Source of the DNA: Verrucomicrobiota bacterium
Lineage (GTDB): Bacteria > Verrucomicrobiota > Verrucomicrobiia > Opitutales > Seribacteraceae
NCBI GenBank assembly: GCA_027622665.1
Contig: JAQBYT010000009.1
Span: 57,271-121,270 of the forward strand
Direction of reading: 5' to 3'
Length of the DNA: 64,000 nt
The first letter of the stretch is position 1, and each line of letters begins with the position of its first letter. Under the pieces are notes generated by a model. It saw nothing but the letters and a program-made list of their open reading frames with translations, made no database searches and was not told where the DNA came from. Position numbers and translations under genes: made by a program. Below are positions 18,770 to 28,657 of the stretch, piece after piece.

Positions 18770-20730
18770 GATGGGAGGTCTTTCATCTTTTTGACGGAAC
18801 CGGGTAATCCCAAGAGCGATTCGCCCAATAGGAAAATGAGAACGAGGTAAAGGAAAACGGTCCATATCTCGGATCGAGACGACTGATTGCCCAAAGCTTC
18901 CGTTTTAAGATAGCTTACGAAATCATTGCCTAGAGAATCGACAGCTTGCTTTTGGGGAAAGAGTGAAGGCGAATCCTCCTCGTGCGGGCGATTTACGGCT
19001 GCCACGTTGCCGTCGATAAGGTAAACTCCTGCATGCAAGGCTGGGTTTTTTCTCTCCTGTGAATCAAGGCACTCGATTTCGTTTGCTTCTGCAAATTCGG
19101 AAGAACCGCAAGCCAGCGAACGCGCCGGTGAGTGCGTTGCCGTGGTCTCTTCCAATAGGCGTTGAATCGCCGGCACAAGAATATGCCCGTTGTCCAAACC
19201 GGACCATTTTTCTACGGGTAAAGTGGAAAAGAGATATATCGCTCCCTTGCCCATTATTTTGCGGGACAAGAAGGGCTTCCCGTCCGAGAAATAAGCCAAA
19301 GGTTCGGTACCAAGGGGAATGCTGCGAGTGGCGGTTGAAAGTTCAGTTAAGGGGAGGCGAGTACCATCGGAAGCATTGGCGAGAATGCCGCTGTTTTCAT
19401 TCCAAGAATTTACGCGAAACGAAGACTCGGAGTCAGGTGCTCTTTCTGCTGGTTGCCATCGTATTGGGTCAATTGCCGCACCTTCTTTTGAACTGGGAGG
19501 AAAGCATAGTAGCGTCCCCCCTTCATTGACGAAGGATTTCAAAAGTTCGGCTTCTTGTGAAGTCCGCGGATTTCCTTGAAGGACGATCAGCGTTCTGCCG
19601 GCGAGATCCTCCTTGTTTAGGTTGGATGACGGCAGGGCGTCTGCCGGAATTCCTTTCTCGTTGGCTGCCGCTGCCCGCAGGATGCGTCCTGCCATGGGTA
19701 GGTCGGCCCTGACCGCCGCTTGTGGGCGATTTGCGGAGCCGTAGGCGAAATACCAAGAGTTGTCGCCGAGGCACAGGTCGGGGGGGAGACTAAGGGAAAG
19801 CCATCCTTGGTTTTTCGATTCCGGCAAAGGCACGGAGGATCGCCAAAGAAAGCTCTCCCCCTTGAATTCGGCAGTGAGTTCACTTTGCACGCCGTCTAGA
19901 TTGGCCGTGATTCGCAAGGGAAGATCGGCAATCGGCCGGCGTTGAATATGTGCGAGGAGGTCGAGCTTTTCGCTGCGGCGCAAGAGGTTTTCACCGAGTA
20001 GGGAAGAGTTTGTGGAAGCTTCACCTTCTAGAGCGAGAATTCGTGTGCGCCACGAACCTTCCTTTACCGCCAGAATTTTCTTGATCCGTCGAAAAATATC
20101 TTCGCTCCCCTCTGGTTTCCAGTTGCTTTCCTGCATATCGGAAGCAATGACTATTTCGGCAGTGGCCACGCCGTTTTCCTCTAACCAGTCGAGAGTGGTT
20201 GCTAGGGTGGCGGGTATGTCGGCTGCCGTTTCGGTGGACCCGAGGTATCGTTCCATGGCGGGATCAGCGAGGGTGGACAAATCGGACAATATGACAGGTT
20301 CTCGCAAGGCGCTGTCGACCAAGATGATTCTGCTTTCGGTCCAAGGTTTCGCAAAGTTCTCAAGGGCTTTTAAGGCGAGTTCCCGTTTGCTTGCCGCCCC
20401 TTCTCCTGTTTTCGTTTCCATACTCGCTGAACGATCCAGTATCAAGGCTATCGCCTCGGGTGCTCCGGATGAAAAGGAAAACAGTGAATCTCCGCCCGTC
20501 ATCGGTCGAGACAGAGCAAAAATCAAGCCGAGCAAGGCTAATACGCGGAGTAACAAAGTCAGCCACCGTTTTAAACGAGAAAGTTTCGAGGAACTTCGTC
20601 TAGCCTGTAAGAGGAAGCGAGTGGCCGCCCACGGTTGCGACCGGTGGCGCAGCAGGTTCAGCAGATGGATGATTACCGGCAGTAACGCCAAGGGCAATCC
20701 GTACAGTGCTAGAGGCTGAAGGAATGTCAT
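18766..20730 (-). CDS. BatA N-terminal / vWA domain membrane protein
   Basis: MTFLQP..L..LP..LLPVIIHLL (BatA); DRSASM MIDAS; SDMQ; C-terminal TM. Confidence 0.9.
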   Translation of the reverse strand: MTFLQPLALYGLPLALLPVIIHLLNLLRHRSQPWAATRFLLQARRSSSKLSRLKRWLTLLLRVLALLGLIFALSRPMTGGDSLFSFSSGAPEAIALILDRSASMETKTGEGAASKRELALKALENFAKPWTESRIILVDSALREPVILSDLSTLADPAMERYLGSTETAADIPATLATTLDWLEENGVATAEIVIASDMQESNWKPEGSEDIFRRIKKILAVKEGSWRTRILALEGEASTNSSLLGENLLRRSEKLDLLAHIQRRPIADLPLRITANLDGVQSELTAEFKGESFLWRSSVPLPESKNQGWLSLSLPPDLCLGDNSWYFAYGSANRPQAAVRADLPMAGRILRAAAANEKGIPADALPSSNLNKEDLAGRTLIVLQGNPRTSQEAELLKSFVNEGGTLLCFPPSSKEGAAIDPIRWQPAERAPDSESSFRVNSWNENSGILANASDGTRLPLTELSTATRSIPLGTEPLAYFSDGKPFLSRKIMGKGAIYLFSTLPVEKWSGLDNGHILVPAIQRLLEETTATHSPARSLACGSSEFAEANEIECLDSQERKNPALHAGVYLIDGNVAAVNRPHEEDSPSLFPQKQAVDSLGNDFVSYLKTEALGNQSSRSEIWTVFLYLVLIFLLGESLLGLPGSVKKMKDLPS

Positions 20731-20784
20731 GTCCCTAATGTCGACTGATGTTCAACAGGCTTTGCTTCTACCAAACCGGATCGA

Positions 20785-21693
20785 TCATGCGGCCTTGCCT
20801 GCAGCGCGTTCGCCGAGAAACTTATCCAGTACCTCGGCCACGGGAACGTCAGTGCGAATGATGCGATGATCAGCCTCGGATTCGAGGCATCCCTGAGTAA
20901 TAGATTCGAGATGGATTTTCATGCTCTCGAGGTATTGCTCCCTGATTACGGCAGGTTCCGTAATCAGCGAACCGGCTCCCTCCAAGTCAACGAAGCGAGT
21001 TGGGCGTTCGAAGGGGAAATCCTCTTCTTGAGGGTCGATGAGATGAAATAAAACGACGTCGTGCCGACGGTCGCGTAAATGATGTATGGCATCGATCAAG
21101 TCTTTCGGGTCATCAAGAAAATCCGATATCACGACCGTCATTCCTCGAGGTCGGACTCTCTCCGCTAGATCATGCAGACTATCTACCAGAGAAGGTGCCC
21201 CCTTGGGTTTAAGGGGACCCATAGTCTCGAGCATTTCCTGAACCTGAGCCGGGTTGCGTTTTGCCGGTAGTTCGAACGATTTCTTGTCTCGAATGGCCAA
21301 GAGACCCGCGGCATCGCCTTGTCCGATAATTAAGTAAGCGAAAGTGGCGGCCAGCCTTTTAGCATATTCGAATTTACTTTCTGTCGCTCCAAAGCCCATG
21401 GAACCACTGCAATCTAGGGCAAGGTAGCAGCGTAGATTGGTTTCGGCTTCGAATTCCTTGAGGTAGTATCGGTCCGAACGGGCATACACTCGCCAATCCA
21501 TTCTACGAGGATCTTCTCCGGCTACGTATTCTCGGTATTCTGCAAATTCGACGCTGGAACCCTTGTGGGGACTTCTGTGATGCCCGGACACGCTACCTTC
21601 CATTGGAAATGGTGTGAGCAAGGGTTCAGAGGTGATGCGTGAAATAGCCTCCTTATCCAAGTACTTGAGGTAGGACTTACGTCGTCTACTCAT
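20785..21693 (-). CDS. DUF58 family protein
   Basis: GHHRSPHKGSSVEFAEYREY..GED.R.MDWRVYARSD; DCSGSM; ISDF. Confidence 0.95.
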   Translation of the reverse strand: MSRRRKSYLKYLDKEAISRITSEPLLTPFPMEGSVSGHHRSPHKGSSVEFAEYREYVAGEDPRRMDWRVYARSDRYYLKEFEAETNLRCYLALDCSGSMGFGATESKFEYAKRLAATFAYLIIGQGDAAGLLAIRDKKSFELPAKRNPAQVQEMLETMGPLKPKGAPSLVDSLHDLAERVRPRGMTVVISDFLDDPKDLIDAIHHLRDRRHDVVLFHLIDPQEEDFPFERPTRFVDLEGAGSLITEPAVIREQYLESMKIHLESITQGCLESEADHRIIRTDVPVAEVLDKFLGERAAGKAA

Positions 21694-22724
21694 CGTTTCT
21701 CCTTACGAGCTTCGGAGATGAGGCGTTGCACGACCTCGGAACTTGTCATTCCTTCCGAACGAGCATGAAAGTTAGTTAGAATGCGGTGAAATAGTACGGG
21801 TTCGGCCACTGCTTCGACATCTTCCGTGCTTGCCATGTAATTCCCATGTAAAACGGCTCGAGCCTTGGCTCCGCGAATCAGAAATTGTACAGCTCTTGGG
21901 CCAGCTCCCCACTGCACCCACCTACGCAACCAAGTAGGAGATTCATCGGAGTTCGGCCGAGTTCTGCGTACCAAGTCCACCGCCAGTTCATGCACGTGGT
22001 CGGGCACGGGGACTCGCTCTACCAATTCCTGGAACTCGCGAAGTTTCTTACCCGTAATTACCTTTTTCAATTTCGGAATATCCCCCGTCGTCGTTTCCTT
22101 GGATATTCGAATTTCCTCATCTCGAGAGGGATATTCCACTTTGATGAGGAACATGAAGCGATCGAGTTGAGCCTCGGGCAAGGGATAGGTGCCTTCCTGT
22201 TCGATTGGGTTTTGAGTGGCCAAAACGAAAAACGGTTCGGGCAAAACATGGTGCTTACCGGCCACAGTTACCCGTTTTTCCTGCATTGCTTCCAATAGAG
22301 CCGACTGCGTCTTAGGTGGAGTTCGGTTGATTTCATCGGCCAGAATCACATTTGCGAAGAGAGGCCCTTTGGCAAAAACGAATTCGCGTGCGAACCCTTC
22401 TCCTGTGGATTGGAGGATTTCGGTTCCCGTGACATCCGAGGGCATCAAGTCGGGAGTGAACTGGATACGACCGAAACTAAGTGAAGTCGTTTGAGCCAGA
22501 GAGTTGACCAGCAAAGTTTTCGCCAATCCCGGAACGCCCATGAGCAAGGCATGACCTCGCGACAACATACAGGTTAGCATTCGCTCGATGACTGCATCCT
22601 GACCGATGATGATTTTGCCCACTTCCGAGGTGATGTCGTCGTAGGAGGCGCGAAGTTCCTCGATAGCTTTGACGTCGCCCCCGGAAAGTTCCTTCGGGGT
22701 TTTGGTAGTGGTTTTAGTAGCCAT
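21690..22724 (-). CDS. moxR: MoxR family AAA+ ATPase
   Basis: GVPGLAKT, RIQFTPDLMPSD, DEINRTPPKTQSALLEAM, ATQNPIEQEGTYPLPEAQLDRF. Confidence 0.95.
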   Translation of the reverse strand: MATKTTTKTPKELSGGDVKAIEELRASYDDITSEVGKIIIGQDAVIERMLTCMLSRGHALLMGVPGLAKTLLVNSLAQTTSLSFGRIQFTPDLMPSDVTGTEILQSTGEGFAREFVFAKGPLFANVILADEINRTPPKTQSALLEAMQEKRVTVAGKHHVLPEPFFVLATQNPIEQEGTYPLPEAQLDRFMFLIKVEYPSRDEEIRISKETTTGDIPKLKKVITGKKLREFQELVERVPVPDHVHELAVDLVRRTRPNSDESPTWLRRWVQWGAGPRAVQFLIRGAKARAVLHGNYMASTEDVEAVAEPVLFHRILTNFHARSEGMTSSEVVQRLISEARKEKR

Positions 22725-22909
22725 AGTGGTTAAGGTTGTTGAATGGTAATTCAAGGAAGTGCAAGACGGGAGTCGCGAAAAGAATAGCTAAAATATATAT
22801 TTAGTAGGTTGAATGTACTTCCTGTACAATGCCGATGAAAACTGTCTTTATGCGACAGCTCTACTGTTTACTCTGGACTACCCTTTGCTTTCTCAATCAA
22901 CGTTGCATC

Positions 22910-23119
22910 ATGAGATTGATTCAGCGAAAATATAAGATTATCCGTGCTGCAACCTTAAAGGATTTAGGTGTTGAAGTTAATGAACTTCTTGAACGCGAGT
23001 ACAAAGATACCGAGGGATACCTTTATGTTTCATCAGGACGTTGGCAGTGCCTTGGATCTCCTCTCAAGGAAGAAGATCGTTGGTTGCAAGCTGTCGTTTT
23101 TGTTCAAACTGAAGAATAG
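22910..23119 (+). CDS. Small DUF1737-like protein
   Basis: YKII....L...VNE.L.....GRWQCLGSP.......QAVV pattern; start uncertain. Confidence 0.5.
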   Translation: MRLIQRKYKIIRAATLKDLGVEVNELLEREYKDTEGYLYVSSGRWQCLGSPLKEEDRWLQAVVFVQTEE

Positions 23120-23343
23120 TGTATTTATTACTTTCAGGTAATGAGTGGTTTACGAGTGCGTGGGATGTTTTAGCTGAAAAACCTAATGTAACCCATTAGG
23201 TTATGCTGTGTAGTGGTGGAAAGTGAAATAAGACAAAATATCCATTGAATTGGAAATTATTTGAGTACATCCTTTTTCTTGTACGGAAATATGCGGTGCT
23301 AACTATTGTTGGCACATGCAAAAACCAAGAGACATATCCTATC

Positions 23344-23378
23344 AGCCGTCGGCTTGGGCAAGCCGGCGGCTTTTTTAT
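23344..23378. terminator. Terminator hairpin between convergent genes
   Basis: AGCCGTCGGCTTG-GG-CAAGCCGGCGGCT followed by a T run on the + strand. Confidence 0.7.
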
Positions 23379-23393
23379 GGCCACTTTAGTAGG

Positions 23394-24173
23394 CTAGATC
23401 GTCATTGCGGAATATCCACCGTCAACGATCAACTCGTGACCGGTTATGAAACTGCCCGCCTTGTCGGAGGCCAAAAGTAAGGTCGCTCCAATAAGTTCAT
23501 CCTTATTGCCGAAACGGTCTATCGGGGTGTGCCTCATTATCGATTCGACTCGGTCGGGAGTCAGCACCATTTTATTTTGTTCGGCGGGAAAGAATCCGGG
23601 GACCAATACATTGACGCGCACCTTTTGCGTCGCCCACTCTCTGGCGAGGTTTTTGGAGAGGTTATGTACGGCTCCCTTTGTTGCGGAATAAGTGAATACT
23701 CGGGAGAGAGGGTTGAGTCCCGAGATTGAACCTACGTTTATTATGCTCCCCCCTTCGCCACGCTCCACCATGTGTTTCCCGAAGGTTTGGCAGGCAAGAA
23801 ATACGGCTTTGAGGTTTACGTCGAAAATTCTTTGGAATTCATCTGCCGGAATGTCGAAAAAAGGTGTTGGTGAATTTATGCCAGCTCCGTTTACCAGTAT
23901 GTCAACCTTGCCCGACCTCTCAACCACGTGGTCAAGGAGGTTTTGCAAACTTTCGGTTTCTCCCACATCGCAAGGCTCGAAGTAAGCCGATCCTCCGGCT
24001 TCCTCGATTTCATTGATTTTTAGCTGAGCCTTTTCCTCGTTGCGGCCAACTACCACGACTTCGGCGCCGGCTTTTGCAAGTCCCGTGGCCATTGCCCCAC
24101 ACAATTCGCCGGTACCTCCAATGACGACGGCAGTTTTTCCCGATAGGCCAAAAAGTTCTTCTAGATAATTCAT
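23394..24173 (-). CDS. SDR oxidoreductase (sugar-acid, KduD / mannonate oxidoreductase-like)
   Basis: [17 protein letters not shown] catalytic motif, PGFFP, VDGG. Confidence 0.85.
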   Translation of the reverse strand: MNYLEELFGLSGKTAVVIGGTGELCGAMATGLAKAGAEVVVVGRNEEKAQLKINEIEEAGGSAYFEPCDVGETESLQNLLDHVVERSGKVDILVNGAGINSPTPFFDIPADEFQRIFDVNLKAVFLACQTFGKHMVERGEGGSIINVGSISGLNPLSRVFTYSATKGAVHNLSKNLAREWATQKVRVNVLVPGFFPAEQNKMVLTPDRVESIMRHTPIDRFGNKDELIGATLLLASDKAGSFITGHELIVDGGYSAMTI

Positions 24174-24199
24174 GCTTTTGGTTTATGTGTTATCTTCAA

Positions 24200-25300
24200 T
24201 TAGCGTACCACTCGGGCTCCGCCTCCACCTTTAACTTTTTCGACTTCCTCTAAAGTGGCCATCGAGGTGTCTCCCGGAGTAGTCATGGCAAGAGCGCCGT
24301 GAGCGGCTCCGTATTCCACGGCTTCCCGAGGGTCGCCCGTGGCGAGAAACCCGTAGATGAGCCCCGATGCAAAACTGTCTCCGCCTCCCACACGGTCGAG
24401 AATTTCAAGATTCTCCCGATGGGTGGCTTCGTAAAAGTTTCCGTCCGCCCAGCAGATGGCCCCCCAGTCGTTTATTCCTGCCGACTTTACAGTTCTCAAG
24501 GTGGTGGCGGTAACCTTGAAGTTGGGAAAAGCGGTGACGGCCTGCTCGATCATGGTTTTGAACTTGTCCACCTCGATATTGGATATGTTTTCGTCCAAAC
24601 CTTCTACTTCGAAACCGAGGCAAGCGGTGAAGTCTTCCTCGTTGCCGATCATTACGTCGACGTATTCGGCGATGCGACGGTTGACCTCTCTGGCTTTTTC
24701 TTGCCCACCAATTGACTTCCAGAGTGAGGGTCGGTAATTCAAATCGTAAGAGACAATGACTCCATGTTTCTGAGCTGCCCGAACTGCTTCGATGACGACC
24801 TCGGCGGAACTTTCGGAGAGGGCTGCAAAGATACCTCCAGTGTGTAGCCAGCGCACACCTTGCTGCCCGAAAATCTCTTCCCAGTCGATATCCCCGGGCT
24901 TCATTTGAGAGGCGGCCGTATTTCCCCTGTCCGACGTGCCTGCAGCACCCCGCAGTCCGTATCCGCGTTCGGTGAAATTGATGCCATTGCGCACATCCCG
25001 TCCGATACCGTCGAAAGGCACCCAGCGTACGAGGTCCGTATCTACTCCTCCTTGCAGTATGAAATCCTCGAGCAGGCGGCCAATGTCGTTGTCTGCGAAG
25101 GCTGTGGCGATTGCGGTTTTCAAGCCAAAGCAACGCCGCAGGCCTCGGGCCACGTTATATTCTCCGCCCCCTTCCCATACTTCAAAGGCGCGAGTGGTGC
25201 GGACTCGACCTTCTCCCGGATCGAGGCGAAGCATGATTTCTCCCAGGGAAACAAGATCCCAGCGGCATTCCTCGGCAGGACGTATATCTAAAACTGACAT
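24200..25300 (-). CDS. kdgK: PfkB family sugar kinase, 2-dehydro-3-deoxygluconokinase-like
   Basis: LGEIMLRL, GGGEYNVA, SYDLNYRPSLW, GNEED, DRVGGGDSF. Confidence 0.85.
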   Translation of the reverse strand: MSVLDIRPAEECRWDLVSLGEIMLRLDPGEGRVRTTRAFEVWEGGGEYNVARGLRRCFGLKTAIATAFADNDIGRLLEDFILQGGVDTDLVRWVPFDGIGRDVRNGINFTERGYGLRGAAGTSDRGNTAASQMKPGDIDWEEIFGQQGVRWLHTGGIFAALSESSAEVVIEAVRAAQKHGVIVSYDLNYRPSLWKSIGGQEKAREVNRRIAEYVDVMIGNEEDFTACLGFEVEGLDENISNIEVDKFKTMIEQAVTAFPNFKVTATTLRTVKSAGINDWGAICWADGNFYEATHRENLEILDRVGGGDSFASGLIYGFLATGDPREAVEYGAAHGALAMTTPGDTSMATLEEVEKVKGGGGARVVR

Positions 25301-25365
25301 GATGGAGTTTGTTTGGCTGAATATGGAATAGACTTAGCTAGAATTTTTGAATTGCGGTCCGAGTT

Positions 25366-26472
25366 TCAGGAGGCCACTGAAAGCCTGTTGCGATCCCACT
25401 TTTCCAAGCCACATTGTTCCGCGACTTCGTCGAACTCGTCGAGTTCTTTTTCGCTGAACAGAAGACCGCCGTTACGTTCCGAGCGTTCGGCAAAGCGCGC
25501 CTCGAGTTGACCGGGCATAAGACAGTTCTCGTTCCCTTCTTTGAGAATGTCGTCCAGAACAGCCTTGAGATTTTCGTTTTGCGTTCGTTGGTGAGCGAAG
25601 CATCCGGCGTCGAAGGCTTCCGGGTGAATCACTTGAAAAAAGAAATTGCAGCAATACTTTTCGCCTGAGACGTTTCCCGGTATGCCGCGAAGAGTCGAGA
25701 GGGATCCTCCGGTCATGGCTCCGAGGATTTCGTTGAGAAGTCCTAGACCGTAGCCCTTGTGCGCGGCAAAGGGTAGGAGGGCTGCCGCGTCATTCGGGTC
25801 GGTGGTCGGTTGACCATCCTTGTCTACCGCTGCATTGGGAGGAAGTTGTTGGTTTTCCCGTTTGAGCTGTTGAACGCGACCCATGGCGATGACTGAGGTT
25901 GCCCAGTCGATGACTACGGGGAAACCGATGGCTTCAGTCGTTGGCAAGCCCCAAGAGTGAGGGTTTGTTCCCAAGGTAGGCGTTTTACCTCCAAAGGGCA
26001 CGACCTCGGCGAGGGTGGAGGTGCAGTTTGTGTAGGCGTAGTAGCCTTTGTGGGCGGCGTGCATGACGTAACCTCCACCCCAAAGGTAATGAAAGGCATT
26101 GTCTATCGCCACGGTTCCCGAGCCATGCTTGTCCGCCATTTCGATGCAGGTGTCGATCGCTTTGTAGGCCACGGCTTGGCCGAGCTTCTTGTTGGCATTC
26201 CAAGTTTGGCAGGCATCGAAGCGGCTTTCCTTTACTTCAATGGTTGCGCCCGGCGTGCAACCACCCACGGCCGAACCGAATAATTCGTCCAAATGGAGAG
26301 CCTTGAGCGCGTTGTGGGTGCGAATGCCATGCTTGGTGGCGTAAGCGGAAAAGGTTGCCGCTGCCGAGGATTCGTCCGAGTTGAAACCCCGGTGTTCGAA
26401 AACATTGCGCACGAGGGTATCGTGAGACTCTTGCGGTACGACGTAAAAAGTGTCTTCCATGAGAAAGGGCAA
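25366..26472 (-). CDS. Ldh_2 family (malate/L-lactate-type, YiaK/AllD-like) oxidoreductase
   Basis: GIRTH, VVPFGG..PTLGTNP, DWATS.IA.G, LLPF..HKGYGL, PGQLE. Confidence 0.85.
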   Translation of the reverse strand: MPFLMEDTFYVVPQESHDTLVRNVFEHRGFNSDESSAAATFSAYATKHGIRTHNALKALHLDELFGSAVGGCTPGATIEVKESRFDACQTWNANKKLGQAVAYKAIDTCIEMADKHGSGTVAIDNAFHYLWGGGYVMHAAHKGYYAYTNCTSTLAEVVPFGGKTPTLGTNPHSWGLPTTEAIGFPVVIDWATSVIAMGRVQQLKRENQQLPPNAAVDKDGQPTTDPNDAAALLPFAAHKGYGLGLLNEILGAMTGGSLSTLRGIPGNVSGEKYCCNFFFQVIHPEAFDAGCFAHQRTQNENLKAVLDDILKEGNENCLMPGQLEARFAERSERNGGLLFSEKELDEFDEVAEQCGLEKWDRNRLSVAS

Positions 26473-26490
26473 AAGATAGGTTTAATTTAC

Positions 26491-27471
26491 TTATGAGGCA
26501 GGAGAAGGAATGGGAGCGTCGTTCGCTTGGGCCAATGGTTTCTCGCCTTTCAACACATGGATGAGATTGCGAACGGCCATGCCTGCCTGACGCTGAACCG
26601 ATTCGTAGGTTCGAGAGCCGATGTGCGGAGTGATCACTGTGTTTGGGGCGGATAGCAACGGATGATCCGATGCCGGGGGTTCTTCTTCCATAACGTCTGT
26701 TCCGTAGCCTCCGAGCTTTCCGGATTCGAGAGCTTCCACCATGGCGGAGGAGTCGACTAATTCACCTCTTGCGCAGTTAAGAACGATAGCTCCGTCCTTC
26801 AGCGTGGCGAGGCTCTGAGCGTTCAACATGTAACGAGTTTCAGACGTCAGGTTGACATGTAAGGAAACTACGTCCGCGTCCGCCATCGTTTCGCCAAGCG
26901 AGGAACAACGTTTTACCTGGTGAGCATCGGCAAACTCCTCGTCCCAGTAAAGGTCGAAGGCCTTTACTTCCATACCGAAGGCTTTTGCTCGTATGGCGAC
27001 TTCCTTGCCTATTCTGCCCAGACCCACGATAGCGATGGTTTTACCCATGATCTCGTTGCCTGTAATACGTTTCCATTCTCCACTTCGGGTTACGTTGGCT
27101 TCCTCCACCAAGTTGCGAACCAGAGCCAGAAGAAGGGCAAAAGTATGTTCGGCAACCGTCGTATGGTTGACCCCGGGGCAAAAGGTGACGGGGATTCCCT
27201 TTGCCGTGGCGTGCTCCATATCGATCTTGTCTATACCTATTCCGTACTTGGCGATCACCTTGAGCCGTGGAAGCGCTTTGTCTATGACGCCCGCCGTGAT
27301 TGAGTCGTCTCCGCAAAGAAAGGCGTCGAGGTCGCCGGCCAGTTCGAGCATTCGTTCTTCCGATAGCGGTCCGCGTTCACAGACGAGTTCATAGCCTTCG
27401 TCTGCAAGCAATTGATGATGTTCGCCTGGCGTATCTTGAAAAGAAGTAGTGGATACGAGTACTCGTAGCAT
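26491..27471 (-). CDS. D-isomer-specific 2-hydroxyacid dehydrogenase (SerA-like, no ACT domain)
   Basis: GLGRIG, NCARGELVD, DV..EEP, TPHIGS. Confidence 0.9.
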   Translation of the reverse strand: MLRVLVSTTSFQDTPGEHHQLLADEGYELVCERGPLSEERMLELAGDLDAFLCGDDSITAGVIDKALPRLKVIAKYGIGIDKIDMEHATAKGIPVTFCPGVNHTTVAEHTFALLLALVRNLVEEANVTRSGEWKRITGNEIMGKTIAIVGLGRIGKEVAIRAKAFGMEVKAFDLYWDEEFADAHQVKRCSSLGETMADADVVSLHVNLTSETRYMLNAQSLATLKDGAIVLNCARGELVDSSAMVEALESGKLGGYGTDVMEEEPPASDHPLLSAPNTVITPHIGSRTYESVQRQAGMAVRNLIHVLKGEKPLAQANDAPIPSPAS

Positions 27472-27605
27472 AGGAAAAATCTCAATTAGTTAGGCTCGAT
27501 CAACTGTCCTCGCAAGGTAAAAAGCCAGTTGCCATGGGTGCTTTACGCCTTTTGCTATATTTCAGACAAAAGCTGTCTCTCAATCAACCCAAAATCTAAA
27601 TAACA

Positions 27606-27944
27606 ATGAGCAAAGGAATCAAGATTCTCACATTTTTCGGATTGGCGTTAGGAGCATGGCTGGTAGCCCATGCCCAGCTTTCGCAACCACCCTCCGGTGG
27701 ACCGCCATCCACTCCGCCAAAATTACCGACCCGTATTCCGCCACCACCAAGTTTTTCCATGTCGGGTAGCGATACGGGAAAATTTCAAATCGTCAGCGCC
27801 GAGTACTATTCCCAAGATGCAAAGCCCTTTCTCTACAAGCGACTCGTGAAAGTCGATACCGAGACTGGCGAAGCTTGGGTTCTCCATTCCGCTAGGGGCG
27901 AACGTGGCGAAGTTCGCAAGTGGTTGCCTATGCTTGGTCAGTGA
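27606..27944 (+). CDS. Small secreted hypothetical protein
   Basis: Signal peptide ending AHA; Pro-rich linker; GKFQIV...VKVDTETGEAW. Confidence 0.7.
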   Translation: MSKGIKILTFFGLALGAWLVAHAQLSQPPSGGPPSTPPKLPTRIPPPPSFSMSGSDTGKFQIVSAEYYSQDAKPFLYKRLVKVDTETGEAWVLHSARGERGEVRKWLPMLGQ

Positions 27945-27998
27945 GGTCTTTGCGTCGTGGTCTGGTCTAGAGACTTTACCGCATATTTGGCCAAAGTT

Positions 27999-28490
27999 CT
28001 AGTGCTCGCAAACGCAGGCGTATTCCTTGAAGTCGCAGGTAGGGCAGTCACTGAGGTTCAGGTTGAATTTTTCTGTTGTCGGATCGGATTCCTGAGTACT
28101 TTTAATTGTCACGAAGACAGGCAGAGCTTTGCCCTTTGGGAAGGATTGATTTGAAATTAGCGAGTCGCCGTCTTTTGAGAATTCGAGGTTAGTGGGGTTT
28201 GATCGGTTTCCACCAATTAAGGTGACGATTTGATCTCCGATGGGGACGACCTGCCCGTCCTTCACTGCCGAGATGCGAATTTTTAGATCTTCTTTGACGA
28301 GGAATTCGAGGTGAGGCGTTACTGAGGTGATGAGTCGTCCGCCGTTGGGGCCACCTTCCTTTTGGTGTGTCGCGTGGTTATCCGGCTGAGCTTGATGGTG
28401 GTCACCTTCCCCGTTATCATTGCAAGATGACCATAGAATGGTAGCCAGAGACGCCGTGATCGTGAAGATTTTTCGGGCCGTTTGTTTCAT
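27999..28490 (-). CDS. His-containing lipoprotein associated with metal efflux
   Basis: Lipobox WSSC; HHQ..H..H; GPNGGRL; C-terminal CPTC...ACVCEH. Confidence 0.75.
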   Translation of the reverse strand: MKQTARKIFTITASLATILWSSCNDNGEGDHHQAQPDNHATHQKEGGPNGGRLITSVTPHLEFLVKEDLKIRISAVKDGQVVPIGDQIVTLIGGNRSNPTNLEFSKDGDSLISNQSFPKGKALPVFVTIKSTQESDPTTEKFNLNLSDCPTCDFKEYACVCEH

Positions 28491-28547
28491 TTTTGAATCT
28501 TTCTTATTTTGTTTGTGGTTTACCATTTTTATAAAATCAATTGTCTG

Positions 28548-28657
28548 GATTGAGATCCTTGGCAAGTATCGATTCAACCGGTTTGCGACAGAATGCATAG
28601 AAGATTGAGATCCTTGGCAAGTATCGATTCAACCGGTTTGCGACAGAATGCATAGAA
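28548..28657. repeat. Exact 55-bp tandem duplication over the RND gene 3' end
   Basis: 28548..28602 equals 28603..28657. Confidence 0.95.
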
